Part shown: piece by piece, positions 10,098-19,628 of the stretch
Position numbering within the stretch: position 1 is the first letter of the stretch
Layout of the letters: every line of letters starts with the position of its first letter
Assembly: GCA_050633305.1 (NCBI GenBank)
Contig: JBOEGF010000013.1
Coordinates: 160,001 to 224,000, forward strand
Direction: 5' to 3'
Origin: Nannocystales bacterium
GTDB taxonomy: Bacteria; Myxococcota_A; Polyangia; Nannocystales; Nannocystaceae
Length of the DNA stretch: 64,000 bases
Program-made: the position numbers and the translations under genes
The notes under the pieces: model-generated
Databases searched by the model: none
Seen by the model: only the letters and a program-made list of their open reading frames with translations
Told to the model about the DNA's origin: nothing

Positions 10098-10334
10098 TCA
10101 GTCAGACTGCGTGTCGTACAGTCCGACGACGGGCTCGCGGTCCAGCGCCTCGAGACCGACGGCTTGGCGTACCAAGCTGCGCGACACGGGGAGCGGAAGC
10201 TTCGTGTTCTGAGCGAACGAGTGCGTGTGCCGGCTCAGGCTCGCCGGGTCCAGCTCATAGTTGAGGCGGATCTCGGAAGCGTTCGCCTCGAGCTGCATCA
10301 GCTCGGAGCGGAGCTCGGTAAAACGACCTGCCAT
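10098..10334 (-). CDS. Small hypothetical protein
   Basis: 78-aa ORF of plausible composition filling the gap before egtB; no motif recognised. Confidence 0.35.
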   Translation of the reverse strand: MAGRFTELRSELMQLEANASEIRLNYELDPASLSRHTHSFAQNTKLPLPVSRSLVRQAVGLEALDREPVVGLYDTQSD

Positions 10335-10538
10335 TCGCGCTCAGGATTGTACGCGCCGACACTCTCAATGCAACCGATATCAGCGTTCAAACAGCGTTCA
10401 GTGCGCCAGGGATCCTCCGAGATCGGTTCCGTGACCCGAAGCGCCCGGTACCGCTCCTTGACATCGAACGGTCGCGACGCGAGGGTCCGCGCAACATCAC
10501 CCGCTTGGGTGACGTTCCGTGCGAGCGAGGATTTGAAC

Positions 10539-11813
10539 GTGGAGAAATTGACCACGACGACGCTCAACGAAGACGGCAGGGGTGTTCGCGCGTTTTCGGA
10601 CAATCCTGCCGGTGCGTACTGGGAAGTCCGCGCGGACTCGAAGCGACTGTGTGAAACGCTCGAAGTGGAAGACTACGGGCTTCAGTCGATGCCCGATGCG
10701 AGCCCATTGAAGTGGCACCTCGCGCACACGACGTGGTTCTTCGAGACGTTCGTCCTCCGGGGCGCGCTGCCCCAGGTTGAGGTCTTCCACCCTCAGTTCG
10801 GGTTCCTCTTCAACTCGTACTACGAGAGCGTGGGCCGGATGCACCCTCGGCCCGAACGCGGTCTGCTTTCGCGGCCGACCGTTCGCGAGGTCGATCAGTA
10901 TCGGGCCCACGTCGACGAGCACGTACACGGCTGGCTCAAGACCGGCAATGCGACCGCGGAACAACTCGCGGTCGTCGAACTCGGGCTCCACCACGAGCAG
11001 CAGCATCAGGAGCTGATGCTCACGGACATCAAGCATGGCTTCTCGAAGAACGCCATGCGCCCGGTCTATCGAGAGCCCGAGGAAGTCCCGGAGAGTCAGG
11101 GCCGCGCCGTGGGGTGGATCTCGCACGAGGGTGGAATTTCGGGAATCGGTCACCGCGGCGACGCTTTCCACTACGACAACGAAGGGCCGGCCCACGAGGT
11201 CCTCCTGCCTCCGTTCGAGATCGCCGATCGCAAGGTGACCTGCGGCGAGTACTTGGAGTTCATGCGGGACGGCGGCTACGAACGTGCCGACCTATGGCTC
11301 TCCGCGGGATGGGCCACCGTGCAGAAGCAGTCCTGGCGCGCACCGCTGTACTGGGAGGAGCGCGACGGCCAGTGGTTCATCTTCACGCTCCACGGCATGA
11401 AGCCAGTCGACCCCAACGAGCCGGTGTGCCACGTCAGCCTGTTCGAAGCCGACGCATATGCCCGGTGGACCGGCTACCGCTTGCCCACGGAGTTTGAGTG
11501 GGAGAGCTCGTTGGGCGCGCTTCCGATTCATCGGCGCGACACCAGTTTCCACCCGAGCCCCGCAGGCCCTGGACCGCAGGCGTTCGGCGACACCTGGATT
11601 TGGACCGGGAGTGCCTACGCGCCCTACCCCAGCTACCGAGCTCCCCCGGGTGCCTTGGGCGAATACAACGGGAAGTTCATGTGTAGCCAGATCGTGCTCC
11701 GGGGAGGTTCTTGCGCGACCCCCCGCGGACACGGGCGTCCGACCTACCGCAACTTCTTCCATCCCCACGACCGCTGGCAGTTCTCAGGTATCCAGCTCGC
11801 GAGAGACCCATGA
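10539..11813 (+). CDS. egtB: Ergothioneine biosynthesis sulfoxide synthase
   Basis: QSMPDASPLKWHLAHTTWFFE, HHEQQHQEL iron-binding motif, FGE-sulfatase-like C-terminus with GEYNGKFM and YRNFF; GTG start after GAGG. Confidence 0.95.
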   Translation: MEKLTTTTLNEDGRGVRAFSDNPAGAYWEVRADSKRLCETLEVEDYGLQSMPDASPLKWHLAHTTWFFETFVLRGALPQVEVFHPQFGFLFNSYYESVGRMHPRPERGLLSRPTVREVDQYRAHVDEHVHGWLKTGNATAEQLAVVELGLHHEQQHQELMLTDIKHGFSKNAMRPVYREPEEVPESQGRAVGWISHEGGISGIGHRGDAFHYDNEGPAHEVLLPPFEIADRKVTCGEYLEFMRDGGYERADLWLSAGWATVQKQSWRAPLYWEERDGQWFIFTLHGMKPVDPNEPVCHVSLFEADAYARWTGYRLPTEFEWESSLGALPIHRRDTSFHPSPAGPGPQAFGDTWIWTGSAYAPYPSYRAPPGALGEYNGKFMCSQIVLRGGSCATPRGHGRPTYRNFFHPHDRWQFSGIQLARDP

Positions 11814-12781
11814 CCAACTCCGCCCCCTCCTTGGAACTCACCGATCTGGAGCCCACCGCCGCTGACATGACAACCCAGGTTGTGCGCGGCCTCTCCAAAC
11901 CGCAGAAGACGATGCCCTCGGCGTTCTTCTACGACGAGCCAGGGTCGGCGCTGTTCGACGAGATCTGCCGAGTCCCCGAGTACTACCCCACGCGCACCGA
12001 GCTCGCGATCATGGAGGCCTCGCTGCCAGAGATGGCCCAAGCGATCGGGCCTGAGGCGCTGGTGATCGAATATGGCAGCGGGACCGGGCTCAAGACCCGC
12101 CAGCTGCTCTCCGCTCTCGAGCGCCCGGTGGGGTACGTGCCCGTCGAAATCTCGCGAGAGTTCTTGATGACGTCGGCCAACGCCCTGCAGGCCGAGTTCA
12201 ACGACCTCGAGGTACTGCCGGTCTGCGCAGACTTCACCGAGCCCTTCGAGGTTCCCCAGCCCAGCAAGCCCGCCCGTCGCCGCGCGCTGTATTTCCCGGG
12301 CTCCACGATCGGGAACTTTCGGCCCGAGTTCGCGACGAAGCTCCTCCGGCAGATGCGGGAAGAAGTGGGGAGCGGCGGATGTGGACTGCTCGGTGTCGAC
12401 CTCGTCAAGGGCACGCAGTCCCTCGAGGCGGCCTACAACGACGCCGCCGGGGTCACGGCGAAGTTCAACCTCAACATGCTCCGGCGCGCCAACGACGAGC
12501 TGGGGGCCAACTTCGACCTCGATGCGTTCCGGCACCGTGCCGTTTGGGTCAAAGAGCGCAGCGCGATCGAGATGCGTCTGTACGCGCGCCGCCCCACGTC
12601 CGTGAACCTCGTTGGCAACCGATTCACCTTCGCCGAAGGGGAGTGGATCCACACCGAGGACTCGCACAAGTACACCCTCGAGGCCTTCGCCGCGCTCGCG
12701 CAGGAGGCAGGGTTCGACGTTGACCGCGTTTGGACGGACGACAAGAACCTCTTCAGCGTGCAGTACTTGCTCGCCCGGTAG
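11810..12781 (+). CDS. egtD: L-histidine N-alpha-trimethyltransferase
   Basis: FFYDEPGSALFDEIC, PEYYPTRTE, EYGSG, FPGSTIGNF, AYNDAAGVTAKFNLN, IHTEDSHKY; ATGA overlap with egtB. Confidence 0.95.
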   Translation: MTNSAPSLELTDLEPTAADMTTQVVRGLSKPQKTMPSAFFYDEPGSALFDEICRVPEYYPTRTELAIMEASLPEMAQAIGPEALVIEYGSGTGLKTRQLLSALERPVGYVPVEISREFLMTSANALQAEFNDLEVLPVCADFTEPFEVPQPSKPARRRALYFPGSTIGNFRPEFATKLLRQMREEVGSGGCGLLGVDLVKGTQSLEAAYNDAAGVTAKFNLNMLRRANDELGANFDLDAFRHRAVWVKERSAIEMRLYARRPTSVNLVGNRFTFAEGEWIHTEDSHKYTLEAFAALAQEAGFDVDRVWTDDKNLFSVQYLLAR

Positions 12782-12975
12782 AGCCTCCACGCAGCGCGTG
12801 CTTCAGCGCTGTTCGACGTCGCCCGGTCCCGGCTCAATCCAGAAGGTCTCGGAACGCAGTGAACGCGCGGGCTCTGCGCCTCGCCTTCGAGTGCCGGATT
12901 TAGATGCAGAACGCGGTTCTTCGCTTGAATCCCGACAGTCCGTGATCCTGGGCGCTGCCCTGCACCACTGGGTCC

Positions 12976-13491
12976 GTGCAGCCCATGGTCCCCTCCACAC
13001 GCGCTCACGAAACCGTCCTCCTCCGTCATCTTGCGCCCCGGTCCGGCTTCCGAGACGACCTCTACCAGGAGGTCGCCGTCCGTATCTTGGTGCGACTGCG
13101 TAGCCAAGCGCCCCCGACCTTGTCGCGAGCGTATGTACGCCGGACGGCACGCACCGCAGCCATCGACGGTGCACGTCAGCACGACCGTCGACAGCGTCTG
13201 CTCGAGACCCACGCCCGCGCATTGCGTTGGGCCTCCGACCCTCAGGACCCCGAGCGTCAGCTCCACGCCCGACACATCAAGCAAGCGATCGAAGATGAAC
13301 TCGGCAGGCTCTCACCCGAACGACGTGAACTCCTCACCCTCTTCCTCGATGGACACGGCATCACTGAACTCGCTGGCCGAAAGGGTGTGGACCGGAAACG
13401 GGTCGAGAATGGGGTTTACCGGTCACTCTCGAAGGTCCGCAAGGGTCTCCGGGATCGCGGACTGGGTCCGGAGTCGGTCCTTCGTGGATAG
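12976..13491 (+). CDS. ECF-type sigma-70 factor (divergent)
   Basis: DDLYQEVAVRI (region 2), AYVRRTARTAAID, LGRLSPERRELL...ITELA (region 4). Confidence 0.7.
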   Translation: MQPMVPSTRAHETVLLRHLAPRSGFRDDLYQEVAVRILVRLRSQAPPTLSRAYVRRTARTAAIDGARQHDRRQRLLETHARALRWASDPQDPERQLHARHIKQAIEDELGRLSPERRELLTLFLDGHGITELAGRKGVDRKRVENGVYRSLSKVRKGLRDRGLGPESVLRG

Positions 13492-13545
13492 GAGCGGCGA
13501 CCGATGTGGCTTTGGCGAACGGTGAGTCGGTACCCTGCACGGGCC

Positions 13546-14175
13546 GTGAACGATGATGGGGAGCTGCTCGAGCGCTGGCGGACCGGCGACATGGCCTCGG
13601 GGCAAACGCTTCTGCGACGCCACTTCCGGAGCGTCTACACGTTCTTTGCGAACAAGGTCAGCGGGCCCCCAGATGACCTGATTCAGGAGACGTTTCGCGC
13701 CTGCGTGGAGTCTCGCGGCAAGATCCGGGACGGCTCGTCGTTCCGCGCTTACCTGCTGACCATCGCCCGTCGAGAGCTGTATCGCAGCTACCGCAACCGC
13801 ATGCAGGTCGAGGAGTTCGACCCCAGTCGCGTCTCCGTGAGCCAGCTGGTCGCCTCCCCCACGGCGATTCTGGCGAAAGAAGAACACCAACGACACTTGC
13901 TGCAAGCGCTCCGGCAACTGCCTCTCGAGCTGCAGCTCGTCTTGGAGCTCACCTACTGGGAACAACTTCCCGCAGCGGAGGCAGCCGAAGTGCTGGAGGT
14001 TCCCATCGGGACGCTCAAGAGCAGACTTCGGCGAGCCCGAGAAGCGCTGCGGGAGACGTTCGCGGAGGTGGCCGAGGCGACGGGGATGAACAACGCAACG
14101 GCTGACGACATCGACCGCTGGGCGGAGTCATTGCGCGAAGAGCTTGCAGTCCGAGTGAGGCCATCTCGTGGCTGA
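13546..14175 (+). CDS. ECF-type sigma-70 factor
   Basis: DGELLERWRTGD, DDLIQETF, FRAYLLTIAR, EAAEVLEVPIGTLKSRLRRAR. Confidence 0.9.
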   Translation: MNDDGELLERWRTGDMASGQTLLRRHFRSVYTFFANKVSGPPDDLIQETFRACVESRGKIRDGSSFRAYLLTIARRELYRSYRNRMQVEEFDPSRVSVSQLVASPTAILAKEEHQRHLLQALRQLPLELQLVLELTYWEQLPAAEAAEVLEVPIGTLKSRLRRAREALRETFAEVAEATGMNNATADDIDRWAESLREELAVRVRPSRG

Positions 14176-17122
14176 AAACGAAGCCAATCCTTCCGCTCTG
14201 TTGCGCGACGGAGCGGAGCAACCCTTCGACACGCTGGACGAGCGACGCGCGTTCTGTGCCGTGTCCGAGAACCTGCTGGGCCGCCCTGAGGATCCTGCCA
14301 CGCTCGACCGTTTCAGGATCGAGCACCGCGTTGGATCGGGCGGGATGGGAGTGGTCTATGCGGCCTTCGACCCCAAGCTCGGCAGGCGAGTCGCGCTCAA
14401 GCTCCTCAAGCCCGATAGGTCCAGCACCAGGGACCAGGAACGCCTCGTCGATGAAGCCAAGGCGTTGGCCCGACTCAACCATCCAAACATCGTTGGCGTT
14501 CACGAGATCGGCACGGTCGAGGGGCGGGTTTTCATCGCAATGGAGTTGGTCGAGGGCGCGCCCTTGTCCACGTGGCTGCGAACGCCACGCACATGGAAAG
14601 AGGTCGCACGGGTCGCCCTCGATGCTGGACGAGGGCTCGTCGCCGCCCATGAATCCGGCCTCGTGCACCGCGACTTCAAGCCGGCCAACGTCATGCTTCG
14701 AGACGACGGGCGTGTCGTTGTTCTCGACTTCGGCTTGGCGCGCACGCATGACAGCTTCGCATCTGACGCCTCGACCGGTCACGACGCAGCCGACGAACTC
14801 CGCGAGAGCACGCTGGCCAGTGCGATCGCCGGAACGCCCGCGTACATGGCACCTGAGCAACACCTGGGACGAGTTGCGACCCCCCAGAGCGACCAGTTCT
14901 CATTCTGCATGACGATGTACGAGGCTGCGTACGGTGACCGGCCCTTCGATGCGAAGACTCGGATCGCGCTTCTCGAGGCGATTGACCAAGGGAAGTTTCG
15001 TCCCCGCCCAAAGTCTCGCAACGTACCGTCGTGGTTCCGACGGATTCTCGAACGGGGCCTGCAACCCGCACCGCGCGACCGCTGGCCCTCCATGGAGGCT
15101 CTGCTTGCATCCCTCGAAGGCAAGCTATCTCCTCCATGGCGACGCGCAGCCGTCCCCGTCGCCGTCGCAGGGGGAGCCGCAGCGATCACCTTCGCAGCAT
15201 TCGCCGACGAACCCGCTTCGTGTGCAGAGGAGGCACTGGCGATCTCCGAAACGTGGAATGACGAGGTCGCGGAGGGGATCCGCGGAGAATTGCAGAGTAT
15301 CGATCACCCTGCGGCCGCACACGCCCCCGGGGTTCTCGACGCTCAGCTCGATGCGTACGCCGACGCATGGCGCGAGCGTTGGGAGACAGCTTGTACGGCT
15401 GGCCGTCGCACTCCGCCCACGGACACCAGATCCCTGCGCGTCCTGGCGTGTCTCGAAGGACAGCGACAGTGGCTGGCGAGTTCGCTCGAGCTGCTCTCCA
15501 GCCCGACGGGCCCCGTGGTCGCCGACGCGGCCCGCCTGGTCCCAAACGCGACCAACCTTCAGGCATGTGATGACCCCGAGCAGGCCGCCCCCACCGCGGA
15601 CGGCCAGGAGGCCCTGCAACTCCACGCCGAGGTGGAATACAAGGTCAACGAGGCGCGCACCGAGGCCCGCCTGGGGAGAATCGATGGGGCTGAGCGCATG
15701 CTCGACCAGGCCGCCGAGGCCGCAGCCGCCTCCGGGGACGACAGCTTGCGATCTCGCGTCAGCCTGGCCCGCGGGCAGCTCGACGAACAACGGGGCGATC
15801 TCGTCGCAGCGCGCATCGCCTTCGAGAAGGCACTGCTCGAGTCCGAGCGCGCCCACGATACCGTCGCACGCCTCTCCGCAATGCGTCGGATCGCCCGCCA
15901 CCTGCTCGACAGCGGGGAACTCCAAGAGGCCGCGAGAGTCGTGATGCGGGTCGAGGCCGCACACCAACGATTCGAGTCTAGACCGTGGACATGGGACACC
16001 GAGCTCCTCGAACTACGCTCACGGCTCGCCGCACAGAGCAGGAAGTATGAGGAGGCGGTCACGCTAGCACGCAAGCGGCTCGACCTCGTTCGGCATCACG
16101 CCCCCGACGACCGCGACCGCAACCTACGAGCGCGGATGTTCGTCCTACGGGCCCGGATGCCCGTCACCGAGGACGAGAGCTTGGATGCCGCGATCGGGGA
16201 GGTCCTCGAAGAGGCGATCGCACTGCATGGCCCCGTCCATGAGACGACTGCCCTCGCGCACGGGTACGTTGGGCACCGAGCCTACCGAGCGGGGCAGATC
16301 GAGGCCGCTCTGGTGGCATTCGAGAAGGCCCTTGCGATCCGGGAGCGGCTGGGCACCGAGGTCACGGGCCTCCTCAAGGTCCTCAACAACGTCGCCGTTG
16401 GATATGCGCGAACCGGCGAACCGGAGAAGGCCGAAGCCGCGCTTGATCGGATTGTGGAGGTGTCTCGGGCAAACAGCCCGACGTATGACAGGCGGCTCAA
16501 CGCAGCCCTCGTCAATCTCGCGGGGGTCTACGGGGGACGGGGAGACTACGACGACGCGACTCGAACCCTGCGCGAATCCCTGAAGCTCACGAAGTCGCTC
16601 GACGGACCGAACAGCCCCACCTCGGTCATCGCCATGCTCGAGCTCTCCAGAGCGCTCGTCCTCAGCGAAGAAGTTGGCGCGGCTGAGATGGTTCTGAAGC
16701 AAGCCAGAGAGATCGAGCAGCGCGAACGCGGAAAGCAAACGGACCTGGGTGCCGAGCTTCTCGGTGGGCTGGCGAACATCGCGTATGTGAAGGGGGACTT
16801 CGAGGCCATGTTGCCGCTGGCCACCAGCGCCTACGAAACTCTGAGCCCGCGGGCCAGTGTGTCGGTGCGCGCGCAGGTCTCGACCCTCCTCGTCTCCGCC
16901 CTGCTGGGCCAAGAGTCATCCAACTCAACCCAAAAAGCAGACGACGTTCTGCATGAGCTCGAGCAGATCGGGAACGACCTCCGACTACGCGAAGGCGTCC
17001 GGATTCTCATGTCTGAGCAACGCGCCACCATCGACGCGCAGCTGGAAAAAAAGGCGGGCTCACTCAGCCGTCCCGAACACATCGCAGAAGGTGGGGCCGC
17101 CCTGCGAGAGCGACAGCAGTGA
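14168..17122 (+). CDS. Hanks-type Ser/Thr kinase with TM and TPR repeats
   Basis: GSGGMGVV, VALKLL, HRDFKPAN, DFGLAR, GTPAYMAPEQ; TM near residue 330; C-terminal TPR-like helices. Confidence 0.93.
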   Translation: MAENEANPSALLRDGAEQPFDTLDERRAFCAVSENLLGRPEDPATLDRFRIEHRVGSGGMGVVYAAFDPKLGRRVALKLLKPDRSSTRDQERLVDEAKALARLNHPNIVGVHEIGTVEGRVFIAMELVEGAPLSTWLRTPRTWKEVARVALDAGRGLVAAHESGLVHRDFKPANVMLRDDGRVVVLDFGLARTHDSFASDASTGHDAADELRESTLASAIAGTPAYMAPEQHLGRVATPQSDQFSFCMTMYEAAYGDRPFDAKTRIALLEAIDQGKFRPRPKSRNVPSWFRRILERGLQPAPRDRWPSMEALLASLEGKLSPPWRRAAVPVAVAGGAAAITFAAFADEPASCAEEALAISETWNDEVAEGIRGELQSIDHPAAAHAPGVLDAQLDAYADAWRERWETACTAGRRTPPTDTRSLRVLACLEGQRQWLASSLELLSSPTGPVVADAARLVPNATNLQACDDPEQAAPTADGQEALQLHAEVEYKVNEARTEARLGRIDGAERMLDQAAEAAAASGDDSLRSRVSLARGQLDEQRGDLVAARIAFEKALLESERAHDTVARLSAMRRIARHLLDSGELQEAARVVMRVEAAHQRFESRPWTWDTELLELRSRLAAQSRKYEEAVTLARKRLDLVRHHAPDDRDRNLRARMFVLRARMPVTEDESLDAAIGEVLEEAIALHGPVHETTALAHGYVGHRAYRAGQIEAALVAFEKALAIRERLGTEVTGLLKVLNNVAVGYARTGEPEKAEAALDRIVEVSRANSPTYDRRLNAALVNLAGVYGGRGDYDDATRTLRESLKLTKSLDGPNSPTSVIAMLELSRALVLSEEVGAAEMVLKQAREIEQRERGKQTDLGAELLGGLANIAYVKGDFEAMLPLATSAYETLSPRASVSVRAQVSTLLVSALLGQESSNSTQKADDVLHELEQIGNDLRLREGVRILMSEQRATIDAQLEKKAGSLSRPEHIAEGGAALRERQQ

Positions 17123-18820
17123 CGGGACCAGCGTCTGCTGTGTGCAGTCCGTACGGATGATCGGCTCGAACTTCACATCCTCCAACGCGTAGTGCTCGCT
17201 CTTGGCGGCCCAGAACTTCCGGAAGTGCCGCGAGAACAGCATCAGGAAGTAGCGCAGGTAGTAGTGGTCGCCTGTCGCCGCATCCTGCACCTTGTAGATG
17301 CCACCGCCGGTCGCTTGATAGAAGGCGCCGTTCGGGCCGATGGTCGTCGTGAGGCCGCCGCCCGAGTAGTACGGCCCGGTTCCGGCGAGTACGTCGAACT
17401 CGAACTCGCCCGTCTTCATCGAGACCGTCCTCATGTAGTAGGCATCGATCGGTGGGACGGCGGACTCGGTGTTGTCGTCGACGCGCTGGCCGTGGAAGTA
17501 GATCAACCCGGTCAGGGTGGAGAGCTTGGGCACGGAGTTGGTCCGCACATCGGGGTTGTGCCACTTGATGTCGCAGCCGCTCTCGTCGGGGCGGATGTCG
17601 ACACGTGTCATGCCACCCGCCATGTTGCGGTAGTCACCGAAGAACGGCGGCAACGTCTGGCCGGGCGCAACCTGGATCGGTTGAGGCGCGCCGTACCAGT
17701 TGGACACGACGATGCTGCGGCGGTCTCCGATCACAGAGAGGTCGTTGGCGCTCTGCCCCGGCTCGAACAGTGGGACCCTGCAGACCTCTCGGTCGCCCAT
17801 GACGTCGGCACCGCGACGATAGACGAGGAGGTTGACCTGGGGGTCTTCGTTGTCGGTGATCGCGATGTAGTCGCGGCCCAGCAGAGTCGGCGTGCTCCCC
17901 GAGCCGTCGGAGAAGACCCCTGCCTCGGGCGGCTTCGGGACAGACTCGTAGGCTTCCCGCCATGTCTGGACGGGCGCGCCGGTCACAGGGTCTTTGTCGA
18001 ACCGGTACAGCGCGGCGTCGGTGACGAAGTAGACCCCCTCCTCGCCCACCGCGAGGCCGTTCTCCGTCTTCTCGCCGGGAATGAACAACGTGCTCAAGAA
18101 GCCGTCGTCATCACGGACACCCACTGTCACACCGCCGATGTCGGGACCGCCCACCGTTGCGAACCAGTAGTCCCCATCGAAGTCCGGAAGCGTGTCGAAC
18201 ATCGTGTCCCCCGCCGGAATGCCCGGAGAGAAGTCGATGGGCTCCATGAACTCCCAGGTGATCTCACCGGTGATGGCGTCCTCGACCTGGATGTAGTGGT
18301 CGAGCGTTCCATCGGCGCCGCCGTTGATCACCGAGTCGTCGGCGAGCACATGCGGATAGTTGCCTCCGCCAATGTTCTCTCCGTCGAACTGCCCGGTGAA
18401 GAACTCGGTTGAGGCGAGGATGTCGAGGTTGTCGGGATCGAGCAGGTACAGCACGCCTGCCTCGGCCGCGGGATTGGCCGCAAACTCAGGGTTGCCACAT
18501 GTCGTGATGACCCGTCCGTTGGAGTCCACGCGAGGCGTGCCGCACAGGACATAGGCCCGAGACACAACGCGAGGGTCGAGCCCCAACGGTGCAGGGAAGT
18601 CGGTGACGTCCGAGTTGTAGTGGTCGTCGTGGAAGACGCTCTGTTCACCCAAGAGCGGATGCTCCGGGACGTCCTTGGGAGGCATTGGGCGAGGACGCGC
18701 TGGGCTGCCCTCAAAGACCGGGACCGCCTCGAGCCCGGGCCCATCCGGGAGCGGCATCGCGCACGCGGCGCAGCCCAACATGAGCGACGGACCAACTCCT
18801 CGTAGAACGACACGTTTCAT
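17060..18820 (-). CDS. Secreted or lipoprotein, probable beta-propeller, function unknown
   Basis: N-terminal hydrophobic stretch with LGCAAC; acidic beta-rich body with GSGSTPTLLG and ITDNEDP segments. Confidence 0.7.
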   Translation of the reverse strand: MKRVVLRGVGPSLMLGCAACAMPLPDGPGLEAVPVFEGSPARPRPMPPKDVPEHPLLGEQSVFHDDHYNSDVTDFPAPLGLDPRVVSRAYVLCGTPRVDSNGRVITTCGNPEFAANPAAEAGVLYLLDPDNLDILASTEFFTGQFDGENIGGGNYPHVLADDSVINGGADGTLDHYIQVEDAITGEITWEFMEPIDFSPGIPAGDTMFDTLPDFDGDYWFATVGGPDIGGVTVGVRDDDGFLSTLFIPGEKTENGLAVGEEGVYFVTDAALYRFDKDPVTGAPVQTWREAYESVPKPPEAGVFSDGSGSTPTLLGRDYIAITDNEDPQVNLLVYRRGADVMGDREVCRVPLFEPGQSANDLSVIGDRRSIVVSNWYGAPQPIQVAPGQTLPPFFGDYRNMAGGMTRVDIRPDESGCDIKWHNPDVRTNSVPKLSTLTGLIYFHGQRVDDNTESAVPPIDAYYMRTVSMKTGEFEFDVLAGTGPYYSGGGLTTTIGPNGAFYQATGGGIYKVQDAATGDHYYLRYFLMLFSRHFRKFWAAKSEHYALEDVKFEPIIRTDCTQQTLVPSLLSLSQGGPTFCDVFGTAE

Positions 18821-19044
18821 CAACAACCCCATCCTGAAGGCAATCCGGCTTCAAAACACGGACCACTGTGGATGCAATTTAGAGCACGACAACTTTGCGA
18901 TGCAATCACCGCCAGTCACATAAACGGGAATAGCGCGGCGTACGGACCCAAAGATGTCATCGAGGGTCGCGCTGGGAACCGAAACCCTGTAGCCCGAGCC
19001 GCCAAGCGTCTTGACCCCTGTGGTCCGCTCCCCTACTCAGGGGC

Positions 19045-19569
19045 GTGGTGGAGCCCGCGCGCCTTCCGTTCGAACGCCTCAGCGGTGGGGAGCAGTTCGC
19101 GTTCTATGCATGGGGTCCAATCCTCATCAGCCTCAACGGAGTACAGGCTTCCGATGCCTACTTCGAGAGCTTTGACCGCGCGCTCGACTTGCACCTGGCG
19201 GGCCAGCACAGCGACGTGTGGATGTACTCGCTGCATCGAATCGAGCGAGTCACCTCCCAGCCGACGGCCAATGCACGTCAGCGATCAACCGAGCTGCTCA
19301 AACGCGTCGACCCGTTTCTCCGCGCCAACGTGATGGTGTTCGACATGCGCGGGATGGCGGGCGCGATCATTCGGACGTTCGTCAGCGGTGTCTTCCTACT
19401 GACACGAACCCGGGTCCCAAACAATGTCTGCGACGATCCGGTCGAGGGCGCGCAATGGCTTCGGGACGTCGACCCGCCACCCCCCGGATTGGCGGAGAAT
19501 TTCGATGCGTTTCGGGACACCGTCCTTGAAGAGGCGGACCGTGTGCTCGGGCCCAGCCCACGACGCTGA
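19045..19569 (+). CDS. Hypothetical protein, STAS/SEC14-like
   Basis: 174-aa ORF with GAIIRTFVSGV...DDPVEGAQWL pattern seen in myxobacterial SpoIIAA-like proteins. Confidence 0.55.
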   Translation: MVEPARLPFERLSGGEQFAFYAWGPILISLNGVQASDAYFESFDRALDLHLAGQHSDVWMYSLHRIERVTSQPTANARQRSTELLKRVDPFLRANVMVFDMRGMAGAIIRTFVSGVFLLTRTRVPNNVCDDPVEGAQWLRDVDPPPPGLAENFDAFRDTVLEEADRVLGPSPRR

Positions 19570-19628
19570 GCTGGAAACTCCTCGCGCAATCCGGGGAACA
19601 TCGGCGGCCGGGGGCTGTCGGGTCATGC

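Noticed and set aside
9912..10538. Long N-terminal extension of EgtB in the ORF track
   Set aside because: No recognisable domain, overlaps opposite-strand genes, and a good GTG with RBS exists at 10539.
10539..11813. Selenoneine synthase SenA or ovothiol synthase OvoA
   Set aside because: No adjacent senB/selD and no fused C-terminal methyltransferase; coupling to egtD supports EgtB.
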